The notes beneath the pieces are model-generated. The model did no database searches, was not told where the DNA came from, and saw only the letters and a program-made list of their open reading frames with translations. A stretch of DNA of 64,000 nucleotides, from assembly GCA_028534125.1 (NCBI GenBank), contig CM052816.1, positions 12,526,001 through 12,590,000 on the forward strand, written 5' to 3'. A program made the position numbers and the translations under genes. Below are positions 51,626 through 64,000 of the stretch, in pieces. Origin of the DNA: Lama glama. Its lineage: Eukaryota. The stretch's first letter is position 1. Each line of letters begins with the position of its first letter.

Positions 51626-51796
51626 ATTATTATTTTTTTTTAATTGAAGTACAGTCAGTTACAGTGTGTCAGTCTCTGGTGTACAGCACAATGTCCCAGT
51701 CACGCATATACATACAGATATTTGTATTCATATTCTTTTTCATTAAAGGTTATTGCAAGATATATAAAAATAGGTGAAAAGAAATTTCTTCTATAT
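51626..51796 (-). mobile_element. Lineage-specific L1 3' end, apparently with 5' inversion
   Basis: Poly-T then AATTGAAGTACAGTCAGTTACAGTGTGTCAG; TSD AGAAGGCACATCTT (51612-51625) / AGAAGGCATGTCTT (51797-51810). Confidence 0.82.
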
Positions 51797-51868
51797 AGAA
51801 GGCATGTCTTTTTGTCTAGCCCCAGGGGAAGTCAAACAGACAGACCATCACTATTAAAAGTCTCCCTG

Positions 51869-52346
51869 TGAGACAGGAGGGAAGGGGGCAAGGCACAACC
51901 GTGAAAATGACACAGCCCTTGAGGACATGACATAAACTAATTAGAACCAGCCAGGCCCAAGATGGTGGAAGATTCGATTTTCAGTAGGCCTTGAGCCTCA
52001 TTATAGACTCATTATAATATATCAGCGTGCCAAATGGCACATCCACGGGCCCCATGACAGTTCCGAGGCTGACCATAAAAGGCCAAAAAGTGGGAGGGGG
52101 CTCAATTCCTGGAACTCCCTGCCCCTTCCCCAAAATATTTGGAATAATTCTCCCACTTGTTAGCATGTGAAATTATCCAGTGTATAAACACTAATCACAC
52201 CCGAACCTCAAGGCCGCTCTCCTTCTGAGATGGAGCACGCTCTGTCTACAGAGTGTGTATCTCCCTGAATAAATCTACTTTCACTTCCCTAGGACTCGCT
52301 CTTGAATTCCTTCCTGTATGAAACAAGAGCCTACTCTCCAGCAACA
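51869..52346 (+). mobile_element. ERV1-like solo LTR (MER41-like)
   Basis: TGAGACAGG...CAGCAACA ends, TATAAA 52183-52188, AATAAA 52268-52273, TSD CCTG/CTTG. Confidence 0.8.
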
Positions 52347-55300
52347 CTTGGGGACTTTGGGGGAGTGGGGGTTACAGTTATTTGTCTTTCCTGATACTGT
52401 CCTTCCTCATGCAGCACAGGAAATAACACGAAGGTGTAAATTTACTCGCTGTTCCTAAAAACTAACTTATGAATGATTCTGTTTGCAGAACCTCAAACAG
52501 ATACTCTGGCAATCTTTCTCTTAGCATAAGATTTTGCAATCTCCCTGATCATTTGTTTTTTGTTTTTTTTTTTTCAAATGAGAAAAAAAAAAAAAAGAAG
52601 TCCACAGAAATCAATTGTTTTGATCGAGGTCATGGCACTTACAGTAATTGAAGAGTTTCTTTGCTTTTAGACTCCAAATAATAAGAATAGAATGTAGAAT
52701 GTGATGCTTGTCTCCCTGCAAAGAACAATAATTGCACCTTGTTTGTTTGTTTGTTTTGTGTCCAAACGATGCTGTACCTTTTCCCAGGGGCAATTCCCAA
52801 TCAATGAAGAAGAGAGTGTAGTTTAAGAAATGGGGCATCTAGATCTGAAATGTCTGGATTCAAACCCAGATAATAGCAACATAATAGCCATAATCTCATT
52901 TTATCCAGTGGAGGTGTGACAGCATCCCAGTACAATTTGTAGGAGCAAAAACTGGATGAAGTACTGGCCTGACATCTGCTGTGTTATTACCTCCCTGAGT
53001 GACTGTGAATGAGCCAGGAACCTACTTCTGGAGATCTAGTTCTGCCAATTATTATCTGAACGACCTCAGCTAAATCACTTAATTTCTCCAAATCTCCACT
53101 TTATCATTTCCAAGAGTCAGACATTCTCAAAGGTTTTTATTTGCTCAAAATCTTATGGTTGGTTTAGGTTTTCCTCTTTGCTAAATGTTGGTAGTTTTAT
53201 ATGCCCCTCAGTTGTCTGAAGCAAAATGATGTGATTTTAGAATTGAATTAACTTTAAGTTCCAGAAACTACTCTTTTCTCGAAGTTAAAGGTGATTTGCC
53301 CTCTTCATTCAATATCAGAAATTAGTTGGGGCAAGAGTCAACACATTCAAAGAGAAAGAAGTTCTTCTGGTTGAGTTGCCAACTTATTCTTAATCTCAAG
53401 GAAAGTGCTTTCCAGATCGTGTAGTGAGTGTTAGGATATGCATTTGCCAACCAGATCGGTTTTCTCCGGAGTCCTACCCAGGCCTTAGATACACAGGTCT
53501 GTAGACAACAGGTTGTTACCCTAGAGATGCCCACAGTCAACTGCCTACTTCTTCCCCGAGTCCCATATGGGATCAAGATGATTGTGATTTAGTATAAACA
53601 TAACCAACAATCCTTTTTTTAATCCAATAAATAAATAAATAAATAAATAAAAACAGGGAATTTTATTTGAAACAGCTGTCTCTTAAAGGTCCAAGTATAA
53701 AACAAGCTTCCAGCTATCATTAGCATTAGCATTTAATTTGGTCTCATTAGATATATTTTCCCCTTCTTTTGGAGGCATTTAATCTCTCAGGGTCAAGTAC
53801 CTTCAAACAGCCACCATATCAACTTGTAATAAAAGATACATTTTTAGGCGAGGAAAAAGCCTGTTACAAGTTCCTCTCCACTCAACACGTGTAACATCTT
53901 GAGAAATCAATAGAAAGATGCCCAAATGGTCCTCTTAAAAAAAAAAAAAGATTGTTATTTTCTACAGCCATATGTGTGCAAGTTCATTTTTGAACCAAAA
54001 AAAAAAAGGGGGGGGGGTAAGAGGGGTTCCAAGTAGTACAACTATATAAAGTTATTCCCTACTTTTGAAAAAGGAAATACGTTTGATAAGTAGACAATCA
54101 GGTTGGTGAGGAAACTTTGTGCTGGTCACAATTCTGGGGCTCAGGAGGATACAAGACCACATGAAGTATCACAGTCCCTGAAAGGGGGTTTGTCTACACA
54201 GCTCTCACTTTTTATAGAGGTTTGGGGATTATAATAAAAACTGTTTGCTGATACCCAGATTCCAGTATTACATGACTAGAAGAGATATACTGAATATCTA
54301 TCAGTAATATATAATTATTTCTTATATTAACATGTAACACCTGTAAGTGGTTGGGTAGGAGGAGAAAACTGCTGACTTGAGGATACAGATGACCATGGAA
54401 AGGGAGCTCATTTGGTACATGGAGAGATGACCATGGATCCTCAAGCATAAAACATCCTGGATGTAGCTGGTAATCCCTTCCCAAACGGACACATCTAAAT
54501 TATAATATTCTTAACTCCACTCTCTTTATTAGAAGAATTAGAAATGGCTCCAAGTAGGTCTGGTTTTAAACAACAGGTTGTAAAAAAGACTCGAGTTTCT
54601 ATTGGTCATTGACCAAATGAAGTCTTTTAAGTGGAGACATCAACTCACAGTAAGGATGGAAAAGAAGAGCAAGGAGGTGGGAGGCAGGTGGGAAAGGAGA
54701 AAAATAAGACAAAACAAGATGAGAAAAAAAGAACCTGCCTTAGGCTGTGATAGCCATGCTGTAGTCACTGAGTTAGAGATAGCTTGAGACAGAGGAGGCT
54801 TCCCTGACACTCAGCCTTTGCCCTGAGACTTGCCTAATGTAGCGTGATCTACTTATATGTCTTTTCCAGCAAAATGTTCCATTAAGGTTTTCTGACATGA
54901 GCCTCATTATCTCCCTGAAGTCCAAAGAACTCAGTGGAATGATTCTGTGTGATCTGGTTGAACCCCACCGAGAGAAAAATTCACCTGTGAGACTGCTGAT
55001 GCCAGCTGTCACCCTAGCCTGTGCTAATGAAAGGTGAGCACTCTCGGCTCTTTGGGTTTTTCTACAGAAGTGACATTCCTATTTATTATTCATCGACTTT
55101 AAGTTTTCATGAAAAGCACTAAGGCCACCTGTCCAGTGGTTGCACCTAAAGAAAACTGATATGCTGAAAATTAATAATGGCAGGTTGAAATATGTGTAGA
55201 TTTTCTGAAAAGGCAGAAAAGAAAAAAATTAAGATTAACTCTGATTTGGCTTTTGGTAGCCCTCTCCATAATACTATTTGGTAGAAACTATTTCTGCAGG

Positions 55301-55819
55301 CTTTTGGCTACCCAAATAAATGAACGCTTGGATTTAGCAAGATGACAAATGGTGTAGCAGTCCCTTACATTTTAAAAATAAATTAATGATAGCATTTTTC
55401 TAAAGACGCTTCACTTTCTTTGCTTAAAATAGTTTACAAAAACTAATGTACACCCAACTTTTGAGGAATAGATTTACTACCGACACTATATTGACAGATC
55501 ACAAACTACAAGCTGCCAATGGAATGTCTATATTTGTAAATTGCATGTGCACATTGCGCTCTGCATCAAAATTCCTAAAATCACTTCCAGCTAGAAATTG
55601 AGTGCATAGATGGTCAGGAAACTCTTGGAGAAAATACAGATCTTCGGGGATTGGAGAAAAGGTTTAAAATGCCATTTTTATGGTTGTCTTACTCAAAATT
55701 CATCACCAAGCGGATTTTAGTTATAACACTGAAAGGACAATCTTTGTTTCTGCTACTTGCAAATCAACTACTCAGTTCTGGTCTACTACTACTAATAATA
55801 ATAGTAATAACAACAACTA

Positions 55820-56040
55820 TCATTTATTTAGTGTTTGGCCAGGCTCTCAGCAAATAATGAACTTGTAGTATCTCATGATGCTCACAAGAAGCCTATGACG
55901 TTGCTATTATCACCCACAAGGAAACTGAGGCAGAGGGAGAGTACATAATTTGCCCAGCATCATGCAGCAGTGAACAGTGGAGGTGGGGTGTGAACCTTGG
56001 TAGTTTGGCTCCAGAATTCTCTTTTAAACGGTACACCAAC
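55820..56040 (-). mobile_element. MIR SINE
   Basis: GGAAACTGAGGCAGAGGGAGAGTACATAATTTGCCCAG...TGAACCTTGGTAGTTTGGCTCCAGA. Confidence 0.75.
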
Positions 56041-57709
56041 CTTCACTACCTGCCAACATCTGTTGATTTAAATACAGATTCCTCAGCTCCTCACTCAAAA
56101 CTCAAGCTTCACCTTAATTGACTCTCTCTGATTTATCTCTTATATTTCAAGACTTCTCCATGCAGATCATCGAAGCTGGCCAAACTGGGACTGGTCACTT
56201 CCCTGTATACCCTGCACTTTCCCGCTTTCCAGCTTTACTAACGGTATTTCCTTAATGCAAAAATGCAGTCACTTACTAAGACCAGAAGGAATAGAAACCA
56301 CTTAAGTTTATATATATAATACACATATACACGTACACACACATATATACACACACACATAAAAGCTAACAGATATCAAGCAATTACTATGTGCCAAGAA
56401 CATAAATATATCCTGAGTGTAATGATGTGAAATGACACATCAAGCCTGAGGGAGGTTAAGTACCGTGTCTAAAACAACCTAACCCATAGGCAGTAGAGCC
56501 ACAACCTGAACTCCACATCTGTCTGACTCCAAGGAACAAGGTTTTACCCACACATTCCAGGCTACATCGATCCCAAATTCTAATTTCGATGGTAGTTGTT
56601 TGAAAATAAGTTCTATACCTTCCTCGTAAACTGTTTACTTCTGGGAACTAAGGTTAGATTTTGCATCTCTGCTCTACCCCGCAACACATGCACCGTCCTA
56701 AGCACAATGAGTTTAGCAAAGTAAAGTAAAGCAAAGGCAATGTATGAAAGTGAAGTAAGTAAAGACAGAGAATTCCCAAGTAAAACAGCAATTGTGTGGC
56801 CTCTGGGCTACAGGATCCCTCAGAGGAGTATGCTGCCCCTGCCGCTTGAAGCATCACCTCTGTTCAATGCGCATCGTTGTTGCCACGGGTAAACTGACAT
56901 GGCAGCAGAACATTTGCAGCAAGGGCCAGTGCCTCGTGGGTCCTCTTCTGTACAGCTGTGCCAGAAACATCCCCAGGTGGAAATAGCTCACAACCCCTTA
57001 CCCTGCCATGAATGCTGTGGAAAGTGGTGTGGTCTCTGAACATATTAGAACTCACTGTTAATTCTGGCTTCTCAGAGATTATAGAGCCCTAGAGACTGTA
57101 ATCAAGTAAAAATTTTAAAAGGAGCACATTCCCAGTGAAGTTGCTTGTATTCTCAGTTACACTGCCCGTGGTCAGTCTGAGGAATATGTATGTAAATTTA
57201 AGATAGTTATTTAAACATACCAGAGCCAGAAGGTATTAATAAATCTGATTGTACTTCTAAAAATGGGCAAAGACTCCAGTCAGCAAAATTTGAGACCACT
57301 TCTAATTTTATCTGACCCATTTGGTTACATGCTGCTTCTTGTGACATTATCAGTGCCTACGGTGTCACAGAGAACTAGCACGGAGTATGGGAAGAACACC
57401 AGGCTCAAAGTCAAGAGACATTGATTCAAGGTCAGGTCAGACTGTCACGTAAAAGCAGTGTAAGCTTGAGAAGTTATCTGGTCCCTGTGAGCCTTAATTT
57501 AATAAAGTAGAAATGATCTGACCTTGTATTCTTAGTTCAAAAACCCACAAGAAATACTTTGCAATGTGTAAGGTCTATAACATAACACATTACTCAATGG
57601 AGGCAAAATTGGAGCCAACATAAAGACAGTATGTGATATATGCTTTTTTTATTTGACTATGAGAGAGAATAGTGTTTTTTCTCTCTACGTCCTTCTTTTC
57701 TTCCTACTT

Positions 57710-58250
57710 CTGTTCACTTATTTAACAGATATTTCCTGAGTGCCTAGAATGTGCCAGATATTGTATTAGGTGCTGGGACGACAGTGGCAAACTAATCAGA
57801 TAAGATACCCTGTGGAGGAGGGGCGGGGAGAGTTAATCAATGAATGTATAAATAAGTAAGTGAATAGTTTCATAGGATGAGAAGTACGATGAAGAAAATG
57901 ATGATTACAAAGGAGCTTTTTGAGGAGCTAATACATGGTCTGCAATCTGAATGATCAGAAAGAGTCTCTAGTACAAAAGAAAAAGTGGAAAGAATATTCC
58001 AGAAAGAGAGACTAGCAATTGTAAGTCCCTAAGACTGAAGCAGTCTTGGCATGATCAAGAGACCCCTGTAGAAGCAACATAATGAATGAAGAGGATGGTA
58101 TCACAAGGCAACACACACAGGAAAGGTCTTGGAGACTCAGGTAAAAAAACCGCAAAACTTAGATTTTATTCTAGAGATGGTGAGAAGCCATTGGATAGTT
58201 TCAATTAGGAAAGCAACTTAATCTTATTTATATGGTCAGGATCTTTGATA
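57710..58250 (-). mobile_element. L2 LINE 3' fragment
   Basis: TTCACTTATTTAACAGATATTTCCTGAGTGCCTAGAATGTGCCAG...GGTGCTGGG...GATTTTATTCTAGAG..GAGAAGCCATTGGA. Confidence 0.75.
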
Positions 58251-58369
58251 AGACTAAATAAAAGTGGTAGTCTATTAACATCATAATACTGATTTTTATT
58301 TTTTATTTTTTTTAGGAGAGGCAGGCAGTATTTAGCTTTAAAAAGTTTCTTCTGCCATGGAGATTAACA

Positions 58370-59262
58370 GGCATCCTAACCTCAACATTCCAAAATTCAG
58401 ACTTCTCTCCAACAGTCTTCCCTTTTTTTGGTCATTATAGGCTTCTAGTTGTCCAAACAGAAACCATGAAGGCACCTTTGAGTCTTCTAATTCATCACCA
58501 CAGCCAGAGGCCATTTCTCACCTTCTCCATTGCTGCTACCACAGCCCACATCGTATTTGTGCCCTGCCCAGAAAATCGGCCGTGGAGACCTGACTCGCCT
58601 CCCTGCTTTCACCCTTGTCCGTCTTCAGTCTACTTCCAACACAACTGTAAGAAGCAGCCTGTTAAAGTGAAAGTCAGATGTCACTATTTCTCTGCTCAAA
58701 ACCTCCCATTGTTTTCCGGTCTCAGAGTCGAAGTCAAGGTCCTCACCATGTCATACCAGGCTTGACACCATGTAGCCCACATGCCTCTCTGCCCGCATCT
58801 CCTGCCCGTTTTCTGCTCACTCACTCAGCTTCAGCCTCTCTGGTCTCCTTGTTGTTCCTTAAACACTCATACCTACTCCCACCTCAGGCCTTTGTTCTTC
58901 CTGGTCCTTCTGCGCAAAATAAATTCTCTAGATACCTATAAGGCTCTCTCTTTTGCCTCTTTTAAAATTTTACTAGAATTCCATCACCATCATTACCATG
59001 AGGTCACCCTTGGCCACTCTCTCTAAAATGGCACCACTGCCCCCACATTCTTCTCAATCCTCTGCCATATGCCTCTCCATAGAACTTATCCCCAATTACA
59101 ATACTACAGATTTTAGTTATTTATTTGGTCCAAACTAGAATATACTTTTCTAGACCAGAATGTAAGCTCCATCAGGGCAAGGTTGTCTTGTCTGTTTTAC
59201 TGATTGCTGTTATCCCAGTACCATACAAGAGCTCAAAAAATATTTATGACATAAATGAAGAA
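58370..59262 (+). mobile_element. L2 LINE 3' fragment
   Basis: CTCTGCTCAAAACCTCC...CCACCTCAGGCCTTTG...CCAGAATGTAAGCTCCATCAGGGCAAGG...AAATATTTATGACATAAATGAA. Confidence 0.78.
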
Positions 59263-59321
59263 TCCGAAGTTCACACGTCTCCTCTTGAGGCCAGTGCTAC
59301 TGAGCATTCAGATAGCTCAGA

Positions 59322-59524
59322 TGCTGACAGGTATATGTAGAATAGATAAACAAGTTTATACTGTACAGCACAGGGAAATACATACAAGATCTTGTGGTGG
59401 CTCACAGTGAAAAAAATGTGAAAGTGAATATATATATGTTCACGTATGACTGAAAAATTGTGCCCTACACTAGAAATTGACACAACATTGTAAACTGACT
59501 ATAACTATTAAAAAAAAAAAAAAA
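59322..59524 (+). mobile_element. 5'-truncated lineage-specific L1 3' end with TSD
   Basis: Same family as 12324; poly-A tail; AGCTCAGA at 59314-59321 and 59525-59532. Confidence 0.87.
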
Positions 59525-59839
59525 AGCTCAGACCCCCTTCTCCAGACCAAGATGGAGCCAAAACAGGAGGAGCAGTGGGCAAAAAAGATGGCAAGAAAAT
59601 TAGAGAAATGGGAGGAAGGCCTGAGAGAGAAGGGGCTCTTAGATGCCCATTGAAGACTGACTTAGTCAGAAAATAAAGAAACATTCTACAACCTCTTCCA
59701 GACTTTATATGTTCATGATCAGTAAGATTGGTTTGCTTATTTTTCTGATAATGTACTACATAAAAATTACCCTGTGAAGTAGGTAATTATACTAATCATA
59801 CTTATGGTAATAATGGCTAGAATTTATTGAAAACTGTTA

Positions 59840-60387
59840 CAGTTACTACTGATACCTAACTATGCCACAATTAGCAGGAAACAACTATTTGATCACATTC
59901 ACAGATTCTATGGGCCAGGAATTCAAACAGCAAAGTGGGAATAGTTTTCTGTGTTCCATGATGTCCAGAGCCTTGGCTAGGGAGACTTGATTACTGGGAA
60001 CTGAAATCAATTGAAGGTGCCTTCACTTACACAACTGGCAGCCAGTGCTGGCTGTTGGCTGGAACTTCAACTGGAGCTTTTAACCAAGCACCTACAGGTG
60101 GCCTGTCCATGTGTTTGGGATTCTCCAGGGTGATCAGACTTCTTCCATGTCAACTCAGGACACCAGCAGAGAGTATGCCATCAGACAGGCAGAAGCTGCA
60201 GTACCTCTTATGACCCAGCCTTGGAAGTCACAGGCCATTATTTCCATCATACTCTGTGGTCAGAGCAGTCACGAGCCACAGAGTGGACATGAGCCCCACC
60301 TTCTGATGTCAGGTAGCTGACTGCATTGTAAAAGGACATAGGGGATGGGACTGTTACAGCCACCTTTGGAAAATATATTCTCATAGA
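59840..60387 (-). mobile_element. MaLR solo LTR, MLT1F-like, inserted in a MIR
   Basis: CACAGATTCTATGGGCCAGGAATTC...TGCTGGCTGTTGGCTGG...CCCAGCCTTGGAAGTCAC...GCCACCTTTGGAAAATATA; MIR sequence resumes at about 60388. Confidence 0.75.
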
Positions 60388-61254
60388 AACTATGTTACGC
60401 ACTTTTGCACAATCACCTGATTTACCATAGTATCCCTGTAAGGTAGCCCAGCACTGTCTCACATTTAGAGTAACAGAAAATCAAATTGCAGAAAGCTCAG
60501 TGATTTGCTCAAGATCACATTGTTGACATCGAATGGTGCTGAGAACCAGACCAGTGTAAAAATGACTCCAGGGGTCATGTTCTTCCTAATACACAGCCAG
60601 AGGAGGAAATACTGGGCGAGCTCAACAAACAAAGCGATGTGAGGTCAGGGGAAGAACGCAGCAGTCAGAGGGCCTGAAGAGGGGAGGTGAGTAGGAAAAA
60701 AGAAATCAGGAGGAGCTAGGGAGAACACTGTGATGGCAGCTGGTCAAATCAGTTACCATTTAGTCATTCTGTTTTATCTGAGGGGACTTAAAGACAGCAC
60801 AGAAAATACCTTACATTCAGTTCTTCCTAAGTCAACACAAACCAAACATTTAAAACGTTAATAAGATACTGAACACAATCAAAGTTCTATATTATCTATT
60901 TTTGTTCCATTACACTTTAAACATTTTGAAGAAAGAATTTGATTGTTTGAATATTCCCAATATTTTGCTCTTTAAATCAATGTTTCGTGGATGTAACTCA
61001 AAGCCAAATTTGGCTTGTTTTTATCCTAATGACTTCTGCAAAATAGCCACCATTTAGTCATTGAGCAAATGGATGTAGTCTGATGATTTTTTAATGCTAC
61101 CTAGAATTATATTCAGTGCCTTTTGGATAATGCACTCCAAGGCATAAAGTTACAAATCCCACTTTGCATTGAGGATTTCACATTAAATTACTCTTCTCTG
61201 TGAACATAATGACAGAAAATAGAGTATTCAGCTACCTGACATGAAGGCCAATGA

Positions 61255-61920
61255 AGATCATCTCTCTGCCCAAACATCACCTAACCTCTGTAATACAGCA
61301 TCCTTATGATTGTAACATTCCCCTGCACACTTCAGTGGGTCCCCCAATGTCCTTGAGATGAAGACCAGAATCCTCACCATGGCCACAAAGCACTACCGGG
61401 TCTGGACCTTGCACGTCTCTCAAACCCATCTTATGTTCCGCTTCCTCTTTGCCTCTGCCTTCCGGACATTCTGGACTTCTTTAAGATCTTTGAACAGGTC
61501 ATTCTTCCTCTCACCTCAGAAATTTTGCAGATGATAGTCCCTTTACCTGGAATACCCTTACTTCATCCATCAACCCTACACTTCAGGTCTCACAGCAACC
61601 GTCACTTCCTTGAGGATGTCTTCTCTAACCTCTCTGGCCAGGCCAAATCTTCCATCCTCTCAGTATATATACTTCTATAATAACATAGTCCTCTCCATGA
61701 AAGTATCTACCACAGTTGTGACTTCAAATTGATTAGTCTGATTCTTTGATTAATTTTTATCTCCCCCACTAGATGGTAAGCTCCTCAAAGACAAAGATTT
61801 TATGCATATTTGCTCTGAAATTCCCAGCATCCAGCACAACGCCAGGCCCATTTAAGACACTCAGTAATTATTTATTAAATAAGTAAATGGATGAATAAAT
61901 AGTTAAATGAATAAATAAGC
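61255..61920 (+). mobile_element. L2 LINE 3' fragment
   Basis: CTTCAGGTCTCAC...TCTCCCCCACTAGATGGTAAGCTCC...CCCAGCATCCAGCACAACGCCAGGC...(TAAA/TGAA)n tail. Confidence 0.8.
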
Positions 61921-63089
61921 AAGAAATTACAATTCAGGTTTTTGAGAGTCTCAATCAACTTTGAACAGAATAATAAACATTGTTTTCCCTTCTCTGGAGT
62001 TTTCCTAATCTTATCATTACCCCCATAATTCACAGTCTGATGACATGCCAAAGTAATATTAATAATGCATAATTCATAAGTGATTCAGCTTTAGAGAAGC
62101 TTCACTTTCACTATTACATTTTATTTCATTTGATAAAGAATGTGAAGTTCAAAATGCCACACAGTTAACAATACACAAAGTTAAAGCTAGAATTCTAACC
62201 ACACCAAGGCTTCTGGCAGATCTGAAAAGGGAAGGGGAGAAAATCGGAAGTGGGTCCACTTCTGAAGGCCCGTTGGGGAAGATACCTAAAAAACAGAGCT
62301 GTCTCTGCAACCCCAAACGAAAACACAGGTTTAATTTATTAAAGGGGTTATTTTGTTAAAATTGAGATAGACTAAATTGACATAGCCACCTGACCAAAGA
62401 GTATATCTGATGTGGAAGTGTAAAAATGGAAAAGAAGCCAGTCAGTCCAATTCCATGACTTGGACAGCAACCCTCACCAGTTCCTCCCTTATGTACCTGT
62501 TTTGTTCTTATTCTTTATATTGTGCAACTTAACATAGACTCTTCTTTTCTCTATTTGGCTATATGATGCAGTTTAGCATTCTATCACCCAAATGACTCTC
62601 AGTGTTTCCTGTGTATACTTTTAGTCTCACAGCTAAAATAGAAATAGGTAGGAACTACGTCTAAGCACAATTCAGTGCCCCATACTCAAGGGTCTTCCAG
62701 ATCATTTGACCCAACCACCTCTTTCTAAGGAAGTCATTGGGCACTGGTCAATCCAAAACAGATGACTAAGAAGCTGAGCAGAGATTTTGAGAGTGTTGAG
62801 TTAGAAAGACAAAAATTAAAGTCCTGAGTCCACCATGAAGGGGCAGACCTGGAAATTCCCCATGCTTTGGTTTGAGTACCTCAAAAAAGCTATCCACCAT
62901 AAAAAGATCAATCTTTACAATGGCAGATGTCCTGTTTCAAATCATCTCAATCCTTGAATTTGGCTTAAGGTAATCCAGGACTTCTAGTGGCCCTAGTCTT
63001 TTGCTAGAAGCAAAAATAAATTCCGTTTAGAGTAAGACCATCTTAGACCTCACTTTACCCTAACATTTTTTCAAATACAATGTCTGGAA

Positions 63090-63480
63090 TTCAATTTAAA
63101 AAAAACAGGCAGAAGAAGAAATGAGACAGAAGGATCACAAACCAAATGGAAAAGGAAACAGATAACATAAACAAAGTTACATAGGATCCAAATAATAAAG
63201 TCATTAGACACAGATTATATTTAATATGTTCAAACAGATGATCGACATAATTGAGAATTTTGACAGGGAACTAGAAACTGTTTCAAAAAGAACTAAGTAT
63301 AAAAATATGTAATGGAAAATTATAACAATCAAAATCAAGAACCCAAAGAAAGTTTTTAATAGTATAGTAGGCCCAGTTGGAGAGAGAGTTAATGAACCAG
63401 ATCATAGGTCAGAAGAAAATAACCAAAGTAAAACATGATGAAACAAAAGGATTTGTAAAAAGAGAGAGAGAAGAACCAAA
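63090..63480 (+). mobile_element. Old L1 ORF1-region remnant
   Basis: A-rich GAGAATTTTGACAGGGAACTAGAAACT...GAGAGAGTTAATGAAC..GATCATAGGTCAGAAGAAAAT, typical of decayed L1M ORF1. Confidence 0.6.
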
Positions 63481-63494
63481 TCAATCTGATCATA

Positions 63495-63888
63495 TTGCAA
63501 ATGTATGAAACAACCTCACTGAAGAGGATGGAGAAAAAACGTGCTGACCTAAGTAACTATGGAAATAAATGGAATCTGTAAGACTAAAACAAAAGAAATT
63601 GTACATAAGCATTATTCTCTCTAGTTGGTAAAGTTGTGTCCTCGGGGTATAGGTTAACAATTCTGAATTTGCTATACATGCAAACGAGAACTGAACAATC
63701 ACGTAAATGGATGGCAGATAGTTGGAGCAAGTTTCTCACTGTGGGAGAGGGAGTTTACAGAGAAAAGAAGGGAGGAAACTAGAACAATCCATACTTTGAA
63801 AGATTAGGGTAAGAGACATCAGTATGAAGACATATTTAGCTTAATACAGATAAAGATGGTTACACTATCTGTATAAAATGTAGGTATG

Positions 63889-63956
<68 letters not shown>

Positions 63957-64000
63957 TATAGTCACCTCAGCAGCAATGAGCTCACCTAGAACTCAGATTT
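63495..64000 (+). mobile_element. L1MC/L1MD-type 3' UTR fragment (runs off the window) containing (TA)n at 63896-63960
   Basis: AACCTCACTGAAG...GCTGACCTAAGTAACT..GGAAAT...CTAGTTGGTAAAGTTGT...GTTGGAGCAAGTTTCTCACTGT. Confidence 0.65.

Noticed and set aside
57710..59262. Inverted L2 pair as a miRNA or dsRNA source
   Set aside because: Copies are head-to-head and highly diverged; known L2-derived miRNAs arise at tail-to-tail junctions
62851..62861. Perfect NF-kB site GGAAATTCCCC
   Set aside because: Single isolated motif with no supporting cluster; plausible by chance in 64 kb

Overview
Mammalian, non-microbial genomic DNA, most likely from a camelid (alpaca/llama/camel): it carries two tRNA-derived Vic-1-type SINEs and several short, lineage-specific L1 3' ends. 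The window is repeat-rich non-coding sequence (MIR, L2, old L1M, MaLR/ERVL/ERV1 LTRs, hAT remnants, microsatellites) with one 500-N assembly gap. None of the supplied ORFs is a credible intact gene; they are chance ORFs, microsatellite read-throughs, gap artefacts or decayed L1 ORF2. One convincing 138-nt exon (31536-31673, minus strand, stops in all three frames, so 5'UTR or start-codon type) plus a strong plus-strand bias of L1s suggest the window lies inside introns of a large minus-strand gene, which I cannot name. The most unusual structure is an internally deleted ERV1-like provirus (about 39889-41401). Its leader holds a CpG-rich, higher-order 17/23-bp tandem array dense in nuclear-receptor half-sites and CAGAC (SMAD) boxes. 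I see no evidence for a new multi-gene system. Repeat family names are from recalled consensus sequences and need RepeatMasker/Dfam confirmation; boundaries of old repeats are approximate.
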